Part shown: one piece after another, positions 9,869-19,759 of the stretch
Layout of the letters: every line of letters starts with the position of its first letter
How positions within the stretch are numbered: position 1 is the stretch's first letter
Assembly (NCBI GenBank): GCA_965228855.1
Contig: CBDDIJ010000002.1
Location: 2,525,177 to 2,589,176, forward strand
Length of the DNA: 64,000 nt
DNA from: Candidatus Obscuribacterales bacterium
Lineage (GTDB): Bacteria; Cyanobacteriota; Vampirovibrionia; Obscuribacterales; Obscuribacteraceae
Direction of reading: 5' to 3'
Notes under the pieces: generated by a model
The model's database searches: none
The model's input: only the letters and a program-made list of their open reading frames with translations
What the model was told of the DNA's origin: nothing
Translations under genes and position numbers: made by a program

Positions 9869-10210
9869 GAAACGAACCTCGGTTGAAATTTAGACCATGA
9901 TCTTAAGTGAGATTCGCCGGGGGCGTATTAAACAGGGAGCAGTTTAGAAACGAGATGTATAGCGCTTAGGACGGCGAGAGGTTTTCGGTGATAGTTTAGC
10001 CGATATATCGTTGGCTTTAGTTGTTCTAATCCACATTAGGCTTTCCATCTGCGGAAGACTGTTGAATTCAACACTGTTTCTCCTTTCTTAAGTTGGTAGA
10101 ACCGTAATAGTGTTATTGAGGGAGCAACATGGTCTTGTCTTTATGAACGGCGCCCGAGGTAACAATGAATGGTTTGTGAAACGAAACGGTCACAATCTCG
10201 GGTTTAAAAC

Positions 10211-10234
10211 CAAAAATCACCAGGGTGATTTTTG
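10211..10234. promoter_or_regulatory. Palindrome CAAAAATCACC-AG-GGTGATTTTTG (copy 1 of the ATCACCCGGGTGAT motif)
   Basis: Perfect 11-bp inverted arms, intergenic between divergent genes; one mismatch to copies 2 and 3. Confidence 0.6.
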
Positions 10235-10370
10235 CTTATAGAGGTGTCCAGGTGCCTGTTCAGGCGATTTTATGAAACTTTTGATGCTAACATGATTTTA
10301 GTTTGCTATGTCGTGCAAACGGGTGAGTCGTTTGTATTCAAGCCTCAGGAAGCAGATTTAGGAATCCATT

Positions 10371-10994
10371 ATGTACAGGATGCGCGGAAGCAAGAACCTT
10401 AAGATAGCTGACACCACGGATGGTGCAGTACGAGATGAGCCATTCGAGCACGCGTTCGCGATAATTGATTCCTGTTTCATAGGTGCGTTGATAAGCGGAG
10501 CATCCGTCGAGTGCGTCAAAGCTGCGTTGTCCTACGGCTTTTTGCAGGTAGCCGGAGAACGCAGAGGTTTGTCGAGGGCAGCCCAGAACGGGTGGCTGGG
10601 CGAGCCGGAGTTTATCTGGCAACTAATTGTCGATGCCATGGTCGATGAGGTGGAAAATTTCGGCGATGTTTTCGACAGGGACGAAGCTGAGTTTGACGTA
10701 GAATTTTTACGCAACGAGTGCAGAATTGCGCAGGGCTCCCTGTCCGAATTCGAAGAGCGACGACACAGCAAAATTTCCCATTTTCTGCTCCGGCAATGTT
10801 TGGAAACGCTCTCTCGCAGTCTCGCTGATGCGCGAGATGTAGAAATCGCTTTTTTAGTTGAATGGATGAAGATTGCAACCATCTGCGGTGAGTTTTCCGT
10901 CGACGAGTTCGCGGCTGTTCGATCCAACCCATCTGAAGTCGAAGCTTCTTATAGTCGAGTGATTGAACAACAAGTTGAAGAACTCTCGTCTTGA
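10371..10994 (+). CDS. Acidic helical hypothetical protein
   Basis: 207-aa ORF; AGGA upstream; possible internal two-fold repeat. Confidence 0.7.
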   Translation: MYRMRGSKNLKIADTTDGAVRDEPFEHAFAIIDSCFIGALISGASVECVKAALSYGFLQVAGERRGLSRAAQNGWLGEPEFIWQLIVDAMVDEVENFGDVFDRDEAEFDVEFLRNECRIAQGSLSEFEERRHSKISHFLLRQCLETLSRSLADARDVEIAFLVEWMKIATICGEFSVDEFAAVRSNPSEVEASYSRVIEQQVEELSS

Positions 10995-11023
10995 ACCGAC
11001 TCCGGCTGCCGACGTTCTAGTGG

Positions 11024-11275
11024 CTAGTTCGTAACAGGAGAATCTGGTCGCGTTGTTGATACCGGCATCGACTCTGTGTCAGAAACAGATGACTCGTGTC
11101 TGGACGCACGGTCGTAGCTGATGATGACGTTTTCTGCTTCCGACAGAATTGCAGAAAATCGATCGACGGTTTCTTCGTAGTTCGATTCGAAGAGGTCGTC
11201 AAAACCTTCTACTGGTTCAAAGTCTGAATCAGTATTGTCGACGACAAGGCGAAGATGGCGCGGTTTCTTGCTCAC
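11024..11275 (-). CDS. Small hypothetical protein, KKPRHLRLVV family (copy B)
   Basis: GTG start with GAGG RBS; shares KKPRHLRLVVxN and LFES..ETVDRF..LS with copy A. Confidence 0.7.
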   Translation of the reverse strand: MSKKPRHLRLVVDNTDSDFEPVEGFDDLFESNYEETVDRFSAILSEAENVIISYDRASRHESSVSDTESMPVSTTRPDSPVTN

Positions 11276-11551
11276 GAAACGACCCTCGGTAAATATTTAG
11301 ATGATTGATTCTATGCGAGTCTCCTGCGCGTTGTATTAAACGTTTCGCGCTCAGTGCAATGCAAAGATAGCGAATAGGGGGCAAAAGTGTTCCGGAAGAA
11401 GATCGTTGGATATACTGGCTGCTTTAGTAGTTTTAATAAGTGCAAATTTAATTTAGCTGCTGAATTTTTCTAAGTCCATCCGCCTCGTTGATAGTTCTTG
11501 GTAATCTATCAATGACTGCTGAAGTGACGCAGTTTGAGGGCGACCTTTTGT

Positions 11552-13390
11552 ATGGATGAGTTTTGGAAGTCAAATCTAATCTCCGAGCGCTACGAGTATG
11601 TCGAAGAGTTAGGCAAAGGTGGGATTGGCACGGTTATCCTAGCGCGGGACAAGGTGCTCGATAAGCTTGTCGCCATCAAGATTTTGAACGCAAATTTGTC
11701 AGCTGAAGAGTCGATTCGGTTTCAGCAAGAGGGTATTTTGTCGGGCAAGCTTAAGCACGACAACATAGTTGCGGTTCTGGATTTTGGAGTGACGGAGACC
11801 AATGTACCTTACCTTATAATGGAACACCTGCAAGGTTTCACGCTCGCGCATATGGTCACTACCGATGGTGCGCTGGAGCCCTTGTTTGCGGTCCGTATTT
11901 TTCAGCAAATAGCTCGTGGCATGAGGAACTCGCACAATACGGGAGTAGTTCACAGAGATCTTAAGCCGGCCAACGTCTTCATGGTCGTTAACGAGGACGA
12001 GACACTATCTGCCAAGGTTGTCGATTTTGGTTTAGCTCGGCTTTTGAGTCAGGACGCGCGTCTGACTGCGACCGGAACAGCCATCGGTTCCCCTCTGTAT
12101 ATGTCTCCGGAGCAGGGGCAGGGAATGGCTGGTGATGAGCGCTCCGACATATATTCGATGGGATGTCTGATGTATCAGGTGATGACGGGCAGAGTTCCAT
12201 TCGAAGGTGAATCTCCGATGCTGACGATTGCGATGCACATCTCAGTGATGCCGGAATCACTGGGCGAGAAAACTGGCAAGAGATTTTTGCCGCTGCTGGA
12301 GCAAACAGTCGCGCGCTGTCTGAAGAAAAAAACGGACGAAAGATACCAAAGCTTCGAAGAACTGTTAAAGGATCTTGAGAGGATTGAGGCGGAATTGATC
12401 CGTTTGGAACGCGAAGAGGCGCTAGAAGCAGTCAGTCGAAGCGGCGTTCAACGCGCATTGAGTTCCGTCACCGATTTTGCTACACCACTGGCGGCCGCAT
12501 CCAAGAGAAATCTGGCGCTAATAGTCGTTGCCGTGAGTGCCTTGGTCGGCGCAACTGTTCTCGGCTTCTATTTGCTTTTGCCGCAGTTCAACAGGCCGGC
12601 ACCGCCAGACGAGAAGACCGAACTTATTAGATTTGCCGATAGCCTGGAGACTTTCAGCAAAATAAAAGTCGATGAGGAGAATGGCGAGACGTACGCTAAA
12701 GGTTACGGTGAGAACACTGACACGGACCTGAAACAGCTCGCTAAGTATCGACGGCTCGATAAGCTCAGTCTTAACGGCAGTAGCTGCGTGGGCACCGGTT
12801 TGAGTTTTCTTGCTGGTACGACCATAGTTGAGTTGAATCTGGATTCGACGCCGCTGAGCGACGACGGCATGCGAGAGGTGAATCACGTTAAAGGGCTACA
12901 GAAGCTGTTGGTAAAAGATTGCGATGAGCTGCATGATTCGAGTTTTGCACTTTTGACTGGCAACAAGACGCTGAAACACATTAGCTTATCCGCGAGCCGA
13001 AATTTGACTGAACGCGTATTTAGATATCTACAAACTTATCCGGTGCTTGAGTCCATCGGGCTCGATGAGTTTCACGTGACGCGCGACGGGATCGCTGATC
13101 TTCTGAAAGTCCCGAAGTTAAATACGATTGTTTTTGAAGAATGCAATCTAGACAAAGGAGTCCTTGAAGCTCTGGCAAAGCACAAAACGCCGTTCGAGCG
13201 GGTTGGGTTGGCGGACATGATTGTGACACCAAATACGGTAGCTGAGCTAAAGCATGTTGCTACAAGATATATAACGCTGCATGACGTGAAGATGACCAGC
13301 GCGCTGCACTCACAAATTCTGAAAGACGATCGATATGTGTGGTCTGATACTGAAGTCGACGGTAAGGAAATCGACGACTTGATGCGGTAA
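11552..13390 (+). CDS. Membrane Ser/Thr protein kinase with C-terminal leucine-rich repeats
   Basis: GKGGIG, VAIK, HRDLKPAN, DFG and YMSPE motifs; TM helix; LxxLxL repeats; start 11552 (ATG) or 11534 (TTG). Confidence 0.92.
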   Translation: MDEFWKSNLISERYEYVEELGKGGIGTVILARDKVLDKLVAIKILNANLSAEESIRFQQEGILSGKLKHDNIVAVLDFGVTETNVPYLIMEHLQGFTLAHMVTTDGALEPLFAVRIFQQIARGMRNSHNTGVVHRDLKPANVFMVVNEDETLSAKVVDFGLARLLSQDARLTATGTAIGSPLYMSPEQGQGMAGDERSDIYSMGCLMYQVMTGRVPFEGESPMLTIAMHISVMPESLGEKTGKRFLPLLEQTVARCLKKKTDERYQSFEELLKDLERIEAELIRLEREEALEAVSRSGVQRALSSVTDFATPLAAASKRNLALIVVAVSALVGATVLGFYLLLPQFNRPAPPDEKTELIRFADSLETFSKIKVDEENGETYAKGYGENTDTDLKQLAKYRRLDKLSLNGSSCVGTGLSFLAGTTIVELNLDSTPLSDDGMREVNHVKGLQKLLVKDCDELHDSSFALLTGNKTLKHISLSASRNLTERVFRYLQTYPVLESIGLDEFHVTRDGIADLLKVPKLNTIVFEECNLDKGVLEALAKHKTPFERVGLADMIVTPNTVAELKHVATRYITLHDVKMTSALHSQILKDDRYVWSDTEVDGKEIDDLMR

Positions 13391-13504
13391 GTCTGCAGAT
13401 TGGGGGCGGAACTCTGGCGCGGCGGACAGCCTCATGACCGAGTGAGGATGATCTGTGAGATTGCGAATTGTTTGCAAGCGAGGTCGTTTGACAACGTGCT
13501 GGAC

Positions 13505-14425
13505 TCAGTGTTTGTGCTGGTTTAGTGCGGCTCGCAGATGACCTGAACTTTTCTCCAGAAGCTCGGCAGCTTTCTCTGGCGCGACCTCAAGGAGTATCGA
13601 AACGATCGCGGTTTTTGCGTGCCAGTCGGAGTAGTCGAGCGCGGTTTCGCACACTTCCGGCGTTGCTCCGGTCGCTTCCTGAACGATGCGAATGGCGCGG
13701 TGCCGAAGCTTTTCATTGGTAGCTTTCACGTCGACCATCAGGTTCTGGTAAACCTTGCCGCTTCGGACCATTACCGCCGTCGAAATCATATTGAGGAGAA
13801 ATTTCTGAGCGCTGCCTGCCTTCATGCGGGTCGAGCCGGTGAGTGGTTCCGGACCGGTTACTGCTTCCAGAGCGAAGTCGACGCTTTTAGCCAGTTTCGA
13901 ATTTGAAACGTTTGCTATTCCCGCTGTTAAGCAGCCTTGACCGCGAGCGAAATCTACGGCTCCGAGCACGAAAGGTGTTCTGCCACTGGCTGCGATACCG
14001 ATTACGGTATCATGTTCAGTGAGCTGTTTTGCGTCAATGTCCAGCCGCCCTTGATCGTAACTGTCCTCGGCTCCTTCTATTGATGAAACAAGGGCGGTAG
14101 GACCTCCAGCGATGATACCCTGCACCATATCCGGTGAAACGCCAAATGTTGGCGGGCACTCGCTGGCATCAAGAACGCCGAGCCTTCCGCTCGTTCCCGC
14201 GCCGACGTAGATGATGCGTCCGCCTTTGCGCACGCGTTTTACTATTTCATCGACAAGCTCAGCCAGTCTCGGCACCAACGGATCTATAGAGTCTGCCACC
14301 ACATGATTTTCTTCGTTAAAGACGCGCATCAACTCCGCAGTGGATAAGGCATCCATATCAGCCGTCCGCTGATTGCGGCGCTCGGTTTCCAATTGAGCCA
14401 GATGAATCGTCTCTTGTTCTTTCAT
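13505..14425 (-). CDS. murQ: N-acetylmuramic acid 6-phosphate etherase
   Basis: TERRN, GAGTSGRLGVLDASECPPTF, GPEPLTGSTRMKAG, NLMVDVKATNEKL. Confidence 0.97.
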   Translation of the reverse strand: MKEQETIHLAQLETERRNQRTADMDALSTAELMRVFNEENHVVADSIDPLVPRLAELVDEIVKRVRKGGRIIYVGAGTSGRLGVLDASECPPTFGVSPDMVQGIIAGGPTALVSSIEGAEDSYDQGRLDIDAKQLTEHDTVIGIAASGRTPFVLGAVDFARGQGCLTAGIANVSNSKLAKSVDFALEAVTGPEPLTGSTRMKAGSAQKFLLNMISTAVMVRSGKVYQNLMVDVKATNEKLRHRAIRIVQEATGATPEVCETALDYSDWHAKTAIVSILLEVAPEKAAELLEKSSGHLRAALNQHKH

Positions 14426-14445
14426 ACGATCAATCTCCGCAGCGA

Positions 14446-14910
14446 TTATTTCAGGTTTCTATAAAGGGATATGATTTCGATTGCGGCGTTCGCGGCTTCG
14501 ATTCCTTTGTTATATTCGCCCTCGGTTCGCGCGATGGCATGCGCGATATCATGCACCGGCAGAATTTCCATAATCACCGGAACCTCGAAGTCGTACATCA
14601 CGCGACCGAGTTCTCTTATACAGGTCTGCAGAATTACATCGTAGTGATCTGTCTCACCTTTGGCGATGATACCGTAGACCATTATGGCATCGTACTTTGC
14701 CAATTTTGCCAGCTTCTTCGCGGTGAGCGGAATTTCGTAGCAGCCGGGAACCAAGTATACATCCAATTCCGAGCAACTCGCTTCGTTCAAAATCTTCTCG
14801 GAAGCGGCTATCATTTTGTCGGTATGCTCTTTATGCCAGGCTCCTTGAACAATGGCGACTCGAGCACCTTCGATGGTTTGCGAAGCTTTGCTGTCGTACA
14901 CTTTTTTCAT
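14446..14910 (-). CDS. ribH: 6,7-dimethyl-8-ribityllumazine synthase
   Basis: VPGCYEIP, KGETDHYD, NKGIEAA; AAGGAG RBS. Confidence 0.9.
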   Translation of the reverse strand: MKKVYDSKASQTIEGARVAIVQGAWHKEHTDKMIAASEKILNEASCSELDVYLVPGCYEIPLTAKKLAKLAKYDAIMVYGIIAKGETDHYDVILQTCIRELGRVMYDFEVPVIMEILPVHDIAHAIARTEGEYNKGIEAANAAIEIISLYRNLK

Positions 14911-15099
14911 GTTCCGGGCTCCTTTCTTGCTGGTTGAAGACAGCCAACCAGCGGGCGTAGTGGTCTATTCGACTCGATAATTATAGATGCCCGTTCAGTC
15001 AATCCGCGTGATTTGCCGTAGAGGGTGAGTGAAATTATTATAGAGATTCTGATGTTCCCTACAACTCAGCGTCGTCTTCCAATATACGCTTGTCATGTG

Positions 15100-18000
15100 T
15101 TAGCAGCTGATTTGCATCGACTTTTGTCCGCTGGAGTATTCCTCTGCTGGTAGAACGGTTCCAACCAGATTTGTAGGGTCCGTTTGCGCGACCGTAACAC
15201 TTGTGTTGGTCAAGCTCGCTGCTTTGGATGCGCGCAACGAATCGACAGCCTCGGGGAGTGCGAATTGTTCACCAATGAAACCGTTGACGAAACGCCCCCC
15301 TCGCACCTCGCCACGATCTTCAAGGCTGCGAAAAACTGCCAACAGTTCGCGCCAGGGAGGAAGGTTTGATTCACGCAAAACCACATTGCGGAATACAACT
15401 CCGTAGCGGCGTAACAGGATACGACACATTGCTTCAAGAGCGGCTGTTTTTTCCACGGGAAGGTCTGAGTGAAGTAAGCTCCATCGCCCGTATGCGGCGT
15501 CACGAAAACGTTTCGAACGACCAGGGCGCAACTCCGCTCGGGCTGGATCAATCAGCAGACGCAAATTTGCGAAACCATCAGCGGTTATTATTCCTGCGGT
15601 TACGAGTTCCCAGAGGGCACGTTCCGTCTGGAGTTTTGTAAGTCCAGTACCGCGAACCACATCTGCGAAGAAACTGGCTCCGCGTTTGCTCAAGAATGCC
15701 TCTACGGAGCGGGCGTGATTGCTCACACCATAGAGGTCTATATTGGCTCCGGTTTTGGGTAATGAAGACATCCAATCGGCGTCGTCTCTGACGAAAAATG
15801 TGACCGGTGCCACGCTCGTTGGAATCACTCGCTTGATAACGCCCGGGCTGAGTTCTTCAGCTAGCGGAGGAACATTGGCGCTGAACTGACTGTTGTCACT
15901 GCGAGTAGAGTCGTTTCCAACACCGCCGGTGGAGTCGTTTCCAACACCGCCAACGGAGTCGTTTGCGACACCGCCAGTGGAGTCGTTTCCAACACCGCAG
16001 GTGGAGTCGTTTCCTTCACCACCAGTGGAGTCGATTTGCTCACCGCCCTCGGTGCCTCGCTTTTTCGGTCTAAGCTGCGTTACTCTCGCAGATGCTATTT
16101 TTTTTCGTTGGGGGTAACCGTGAGCGTTTGAAGCGTTGCTCACGGAAAGCGCCTGTTCATCAGTAACTTCAAGCGATGGATGTGAACTGAGTCGCCCCCA
16201 GCCGACCGTCCCCTTCAGGCACAAGGCATCTAATAATTCCGGCTTGTAGTTCTTCACCCGCGTGGACAGAATCTGCGCCTCCCAGTCGCGCGCGGGCACC
16301 TCGAAACCTTGCAGTTGCCGTATTATTTCGAGCAAACCGCGTTCGCCAGCCAGTTGCGTTCCAGGTGCGACGTGTTGCCAGTGGCAAAGCCATCGAGCAT
16401 AAACCGCGGCTGTGACCGGTTCGATCCCTTTCCGGAGTGTAGCCAGCGTAAGCTTGTGGACGCGCGCAAGCAGTCTTCGATCGCACCACTCGTAAGCCGA
16501 GATCGGCATAGATGCTAGCCCTGTGACGACGGTAGAGAAGCGTCCCTGGTTTTTAAACTGACCTCGCAATATTCTGCCTTCTGATTCAAGCGTGACGAAG
16601 GCAATTTCGAGCTCGCCGATTTCTAGTCTCAGAATGTCAGAGATTTCTTCGACAGTTGTAGGTCCGACTATATTCATCCAGCCGCGAAGTGCTGCTAGAA
16701 CAGCATCGGAGCGTTCCGTAATAGCGTTCGGAATTGTCGGCAACTTGGTTTCAATTTGCCCATGCGGCCAGATCAATTCTGCTAATGCAATTCTCTCTGT
16801 TGCGACCCAGTAAGAGTTTCCATCGATTGTCATTCTAGACGCCCGGTTGCGCTCACTCAACTCGCTCATGAATTCAGACCATAGCACTGCCGGCTGGGCG
16901 AACAGGCGCAGATTAGTCTCCGGAATTGCCACCACTGATAGCATCAGATCGTGCAGTTCGTCGGCATTCTGTATGTCCGGCCACGCCTGCTCGATTACCT
17001 TGGCGATGGCTTGAGGATCGAGTTGACCAAGCTCCCCTGCTATCGAGCCCGGGAGAACGCGTCGCATTTGCACGGCTCTTGTCCTGCGCTCTTCAACTCC
17101 TGCGTCATCAAGGTAGGCGTAAACATTTGCGTTGATTATTTCCGCCGCAAACTGTGAAGGCGTGGGGGTATCAACTGCAATGCATTGAATCTCACCGTTT
17201 TTGATACCAGCAATAATTGTTTCCAAACCCTCCAGGTCCATCGCTTCGGTCAAGACGTCTTTCATAACTTCGTTGATAAGTGGATGGTCAGGCAGTTCGA
17301 TGTCACCGGGAATGTTATCCTGGCAGGCTGCCGCCTGAGGAAAAACCGCGGCGAGGAGATCGTCTGAGCGTAATCTTTGCAGATATGGTGGAACTTTTTT
17401 GCCGCCCATGAAGCGAAGAAGGGCTAACGAACGCATTGCATCCCATCGCCACCTTGTCGCAAAAATTGGTGAAGGGATGGACGCTTGTTCTAGTGTATGT
17501 TTAACCGTCTCGCCTGCTAGAAAGTAGAAAACGTCTCCTAGCGGGAAGCTGTGCTGTTCGGCGAGAGCGATGCTTAAACCATCCTCGGTGGCAGCTGCTT
17601 GCAGCTCGAAATTGAAACTTCGGCAGAATTTTTTTCGTAACGCCAGACCCCAGGCTCGGTTGATTCGTCCGCCAAACGGTGCATGAATAATCAGCTGCAT
17701 GCCACCACCTTCGTCGAAGAAGCGTTCGGCAATTATGCGTTTTGTTGTCGGAACCTCGCCGAGCATCGCGCGTCCCTGAATGACGTACTCCATGAGCTGC
17801 TCCGCTCCGGAGTCGGTGACACCGCATTCGGTTTTCAACCAATCAATCGCCTCGCGAACTTCCGGCGTGTGTTCGGAGTGCGCTCCGAACTCAAGACCTA
17901 CATCGCGTGTCAACTCGTTTATCTTGTCACGCAACTCGGAGACGTGTTTCGATAGCTCGTCTGATCTCGCCGGCGCCTCGCCGAACCAGAAGGGAACGCT

Positions 18001-19695
18001 GGGCGGTGCTCCATAAGCGTCTTCGACAAAAACTTTTCCACCCACATTGTCTATGCGCCGAATTCGCCAGGAGGTGTTTCCAAGCAAAACAACATCGCCA
18101 CGGTGACTGTCAATTGCGAAGTGTTCATCAAGCGTTCCAATTGAATGACCTTCCGGTTCTTGAATAACCGCATATAGAGCGGTCTCCGGAATGGCGCCAC
18201 CGCTGGTGATGGCTGCTAAGCGAGCGCCTCTCCTTGCCTTGAGTTTGCCATTTACCTGGTCGCGGAGGATGTAAGCACCATACCTTCCGCGTCGTGACGA
18301 AATACCGTCTGACAGCATCTCTATCACCTGACCGAACTTTTGCTTTTCTAAGTTTCTGTAGGGATACGCTTTTCGAATATCGAGGAAAAGCTGCTCTTCA
18401 TCAACTTCTTCGACTGCCACCATTGCTACAATCTGTTGCGCCAGGATGTCCACTGGGCACTCAGGTATTTCCAATTTGTCCAGCTCATTGTGTTTTATCG
18501 CGCGAATGAGCGCGGCTGTTTCAACCAATTCATCTCGCGTAAATGGAAAGAATCGTCCCTTGGGAATGGCTCCACGCCAGTGTCCCGCGCGGCCGACGCG
18601 TTGTAACGCAGTGGCGATTGTTTTGACAGTATTGACCTGGCAGACCAGATCGACAAAACCAATATCGATTCCAAGTTCAAGCGAAGCGGTTGCCACCAAC
18701 GCTTGAATTTCGCCATTCTTCAATCGTGTCTCCGCAGCGAGACGCAGCTGGCGAGACAAGCTTCCATGGTGGCACGCGACCGCATCCTCGCCCAGACGCG
18801 ACGCAAGTTGCATCGAAATTCGCTCAGCTTGTTTGCGAGTGTTGACAAAGATTAGAGTGGAGCGGTGCTCCTGAACGAGCTTTGCGAGCCGATCGAAGTT
18901 TTCCGCGGAGAACTCTTGCGATGCAACCGGGGCTAGTGGCATCGCCGGTACCTCAATGGCGAGGTCCATCACGCGCCGATGCCCGACGTTGACAATGACC
19001 GGTTTTGAACCGCTACCCCCGGTCAAAAACTCGGCAACCAGCTCGATCGGGTTTTGTGTCGCAGATAAACCGACGCGATTGGGCGGGACCTTCGTTAATT
19101 TTGCAAGGCGCTCCAAGGTGAGCGCCAGGTGAGCGCCCCGCTTATCATCGGCAACCGCGTGAATTTCGTCGACGATAACGGTTTCTACCGATTGCAACAT
19201 TTCGCGACTTTTGTCCGCGGTAAGCAAGATGTAGAGCGACTCCGGCGTGGTTACCAGAATATGCGGTCGCCGCTTCAACATCGATTGGCGGTCTTTGAGT
19301 GGCGTGTCGCCGGTCCGTACCGCAGTGATAATCTCCTGCATCTCGATGCCACGGCTGAGCGCGAGTTCTTTGATTTCGGCGAGCGGCGCGTCAAGATTTT
19401 TCTGAATGTCGTTACTGAGGGCCTTCAGGGGCGAAACATAAACAACCTGCGTCTGGTTGGTCAGCTTGCTATCCACGGCCAGGCGGACGAGCCGGTCGAT
19501 ACAAGCCAGGAATGCAGCGAGCGTTTTGCCTGAGCCGGTGGGTGCCGAAATCAAAGTGGTGCGCTGTGCCAGTATATGCGGCCAGCCTTGCTGTTGCGGC
19601 TCCGTGGGACTACCGAATTTTTCCAAAAACCAATCGCGCACGAGCGGATGTGCCCAGTCGAGGGCGCTGCAAGGTTTTGCGGCAAGCTTTTTCAT
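15100..19695 (-). CDS. lhr: Lhr-family ATP-dependent DEAH helicase (long form)
   Basis: APTGSGKT, DEIH, GLSAT, HHGSL, QRVGRAGH, SGGAIP; C-terminal LLRRYGVV and RGGRFVNGFIGEQFA. Confidence 0.93.
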   Translation of the reverse strand: MKKLAAKPCSALDWAHPLVRDWFLEKFGSPTEPQQQGWPHILAQRTTLISAPTGSGKTLAAFLACIDRLVRLAVDSKLTNQTQVVYVSPLKALSNDIQKNLDAPLAEIKELALSRGIEMQEIITAVRTGDTPLKDRQSMLKRRPHILVTTPESLYILLTADKSREMLQSVETVIVDEIHAVADDKRGAHLALTLERLAKLTKVPPNRVGLSATQNPIELVAEFLTGGSGSKPVIVNVGHRRVMDLAIEVPAMPLAPVASQEFSAENFDRLAKLVQEHRSTLIFVNTRKQAERISMQLASRLGEDAVACHHGSLSRQLRLAAETRLKNGEIQALVATASLELGIDIGFVDLVCQVNTVKTIATALQRVGRAGHWRGAIPKGRFFPFTRDELVETAALIRAIKHNELDKLEIPECPVDILAQQIVAMVAVEEVDEEQLFLDIRKAYPYRNLEKQKFGQVIEMLSDGISSRRGRYGAYILRDQVNGKLKARRGARLAAITSGGAIPETALYAVIQEPEGHSIGTLDEHFAIDSHRGDVVLLGNTSWRIRRIDNVGGKVFVEDAYGAPPSVPFWFGEAPARSDELSKHVSELRDKINELTRDVGLEFGAHSEHTPEVREAIDWLKTECGVTDSGAEQLMEYVIQGRAMLGEVPTTKRIIAERFFDEGGGMQLIIHAPFGGRINRAWGLALRKKFCRSFNFELQAAATEDGLSIALAEQHSFPLGDVFYFLAGETVKHTLEQASIPSPIFATRWRWDAMRSLALLRFMGGKKVPPYLQRLRSDDLLAAVFPQAAACQDNIPGDIELPDHPLINEVMKDVLTEAMDLEGLETIIAGIKNGEIQCIAVDTPTPSQFAAEIINANVYAYLDDAGVEERRTRAVQMRRVLPGSIAGELGQLDPQAIAKVIEQAWPDIQNADELHDLMLSVVAIPETNLRLFAQPAVLWSEFMSELSERNRASRMTIDGNSYWVATERIALAELIWPHGQIETKLPTIPNAITERSDAVLAALRGWMNIVGPTTVEEISDILRLEIGELEIAFVTLESEGRILRGQFKNQGRFSTVVTGLASMPISAYEWCDRRLLARVHKLTLATLRKGIEPVTAAVYARWLCHWQHVAPGTQLAGERGLLEIIRQLQGFEVPARDWEAQILSTRVKNYKPELLDALCLKGTVGWGRLSSHPSLEVTDEQALSVSNASNAHGYPQRKKIASARVTQLRPKKRGTEGGEQIDSTGGEGNDSTCGVGNDSTGGVANDSVGGVGNDSTGGVGNDSTRSDNSQFSANVPPLAEELSPGVIKRVIPTSVAPVTFFVRDDADWMSSLPKTGANIDLYGVSNHARSVEAFLSKRGASFFADVVRGTGLTKLQTERALWELVTAGIITADGFANLRLLIDPARAELRPGRSKRFRDAAYGRWSLLHSDLPVEKTAALEAMCRILLRRYGVVFRNVVLRESNLPPWRELLAVFRSLEDRGEVRGGRFVNGFIGEQFALPEAVDSLRASKAASLTNTSVTVAQTDPTNLVGTVLPAEEYSSGQKSMQISC
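15908..16036. repeat. 24-bp tandem repeat, ~5.3 units, inside lhr
   Basis: Unit GAGTCGTTTCCAACACCGCCGGTG at 15908, 15932, 15956, 15980, 16004 and partial at 16028; encodes (DSTGGVGN)n. Confidence 0.95.
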
Positions 19696-19759
19696 GGACT
19701 ATATTGTAATCAAAAATCCACGCGAAAGGTCTTATGTAATCAAAAACTTTCGTGCTTTC

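Noticed and set aside
14911..15099. FMN riboswitch upstream of ribH
   Set aside because: The conserved RFN sequence blocks are not present; only a simple hairpin is seen
15908..16036. 24-bp repeats as a CRISPR array
   Set aside because: Head-to-tail with no spacers, in frame inside lhr, and no cas genes in the window
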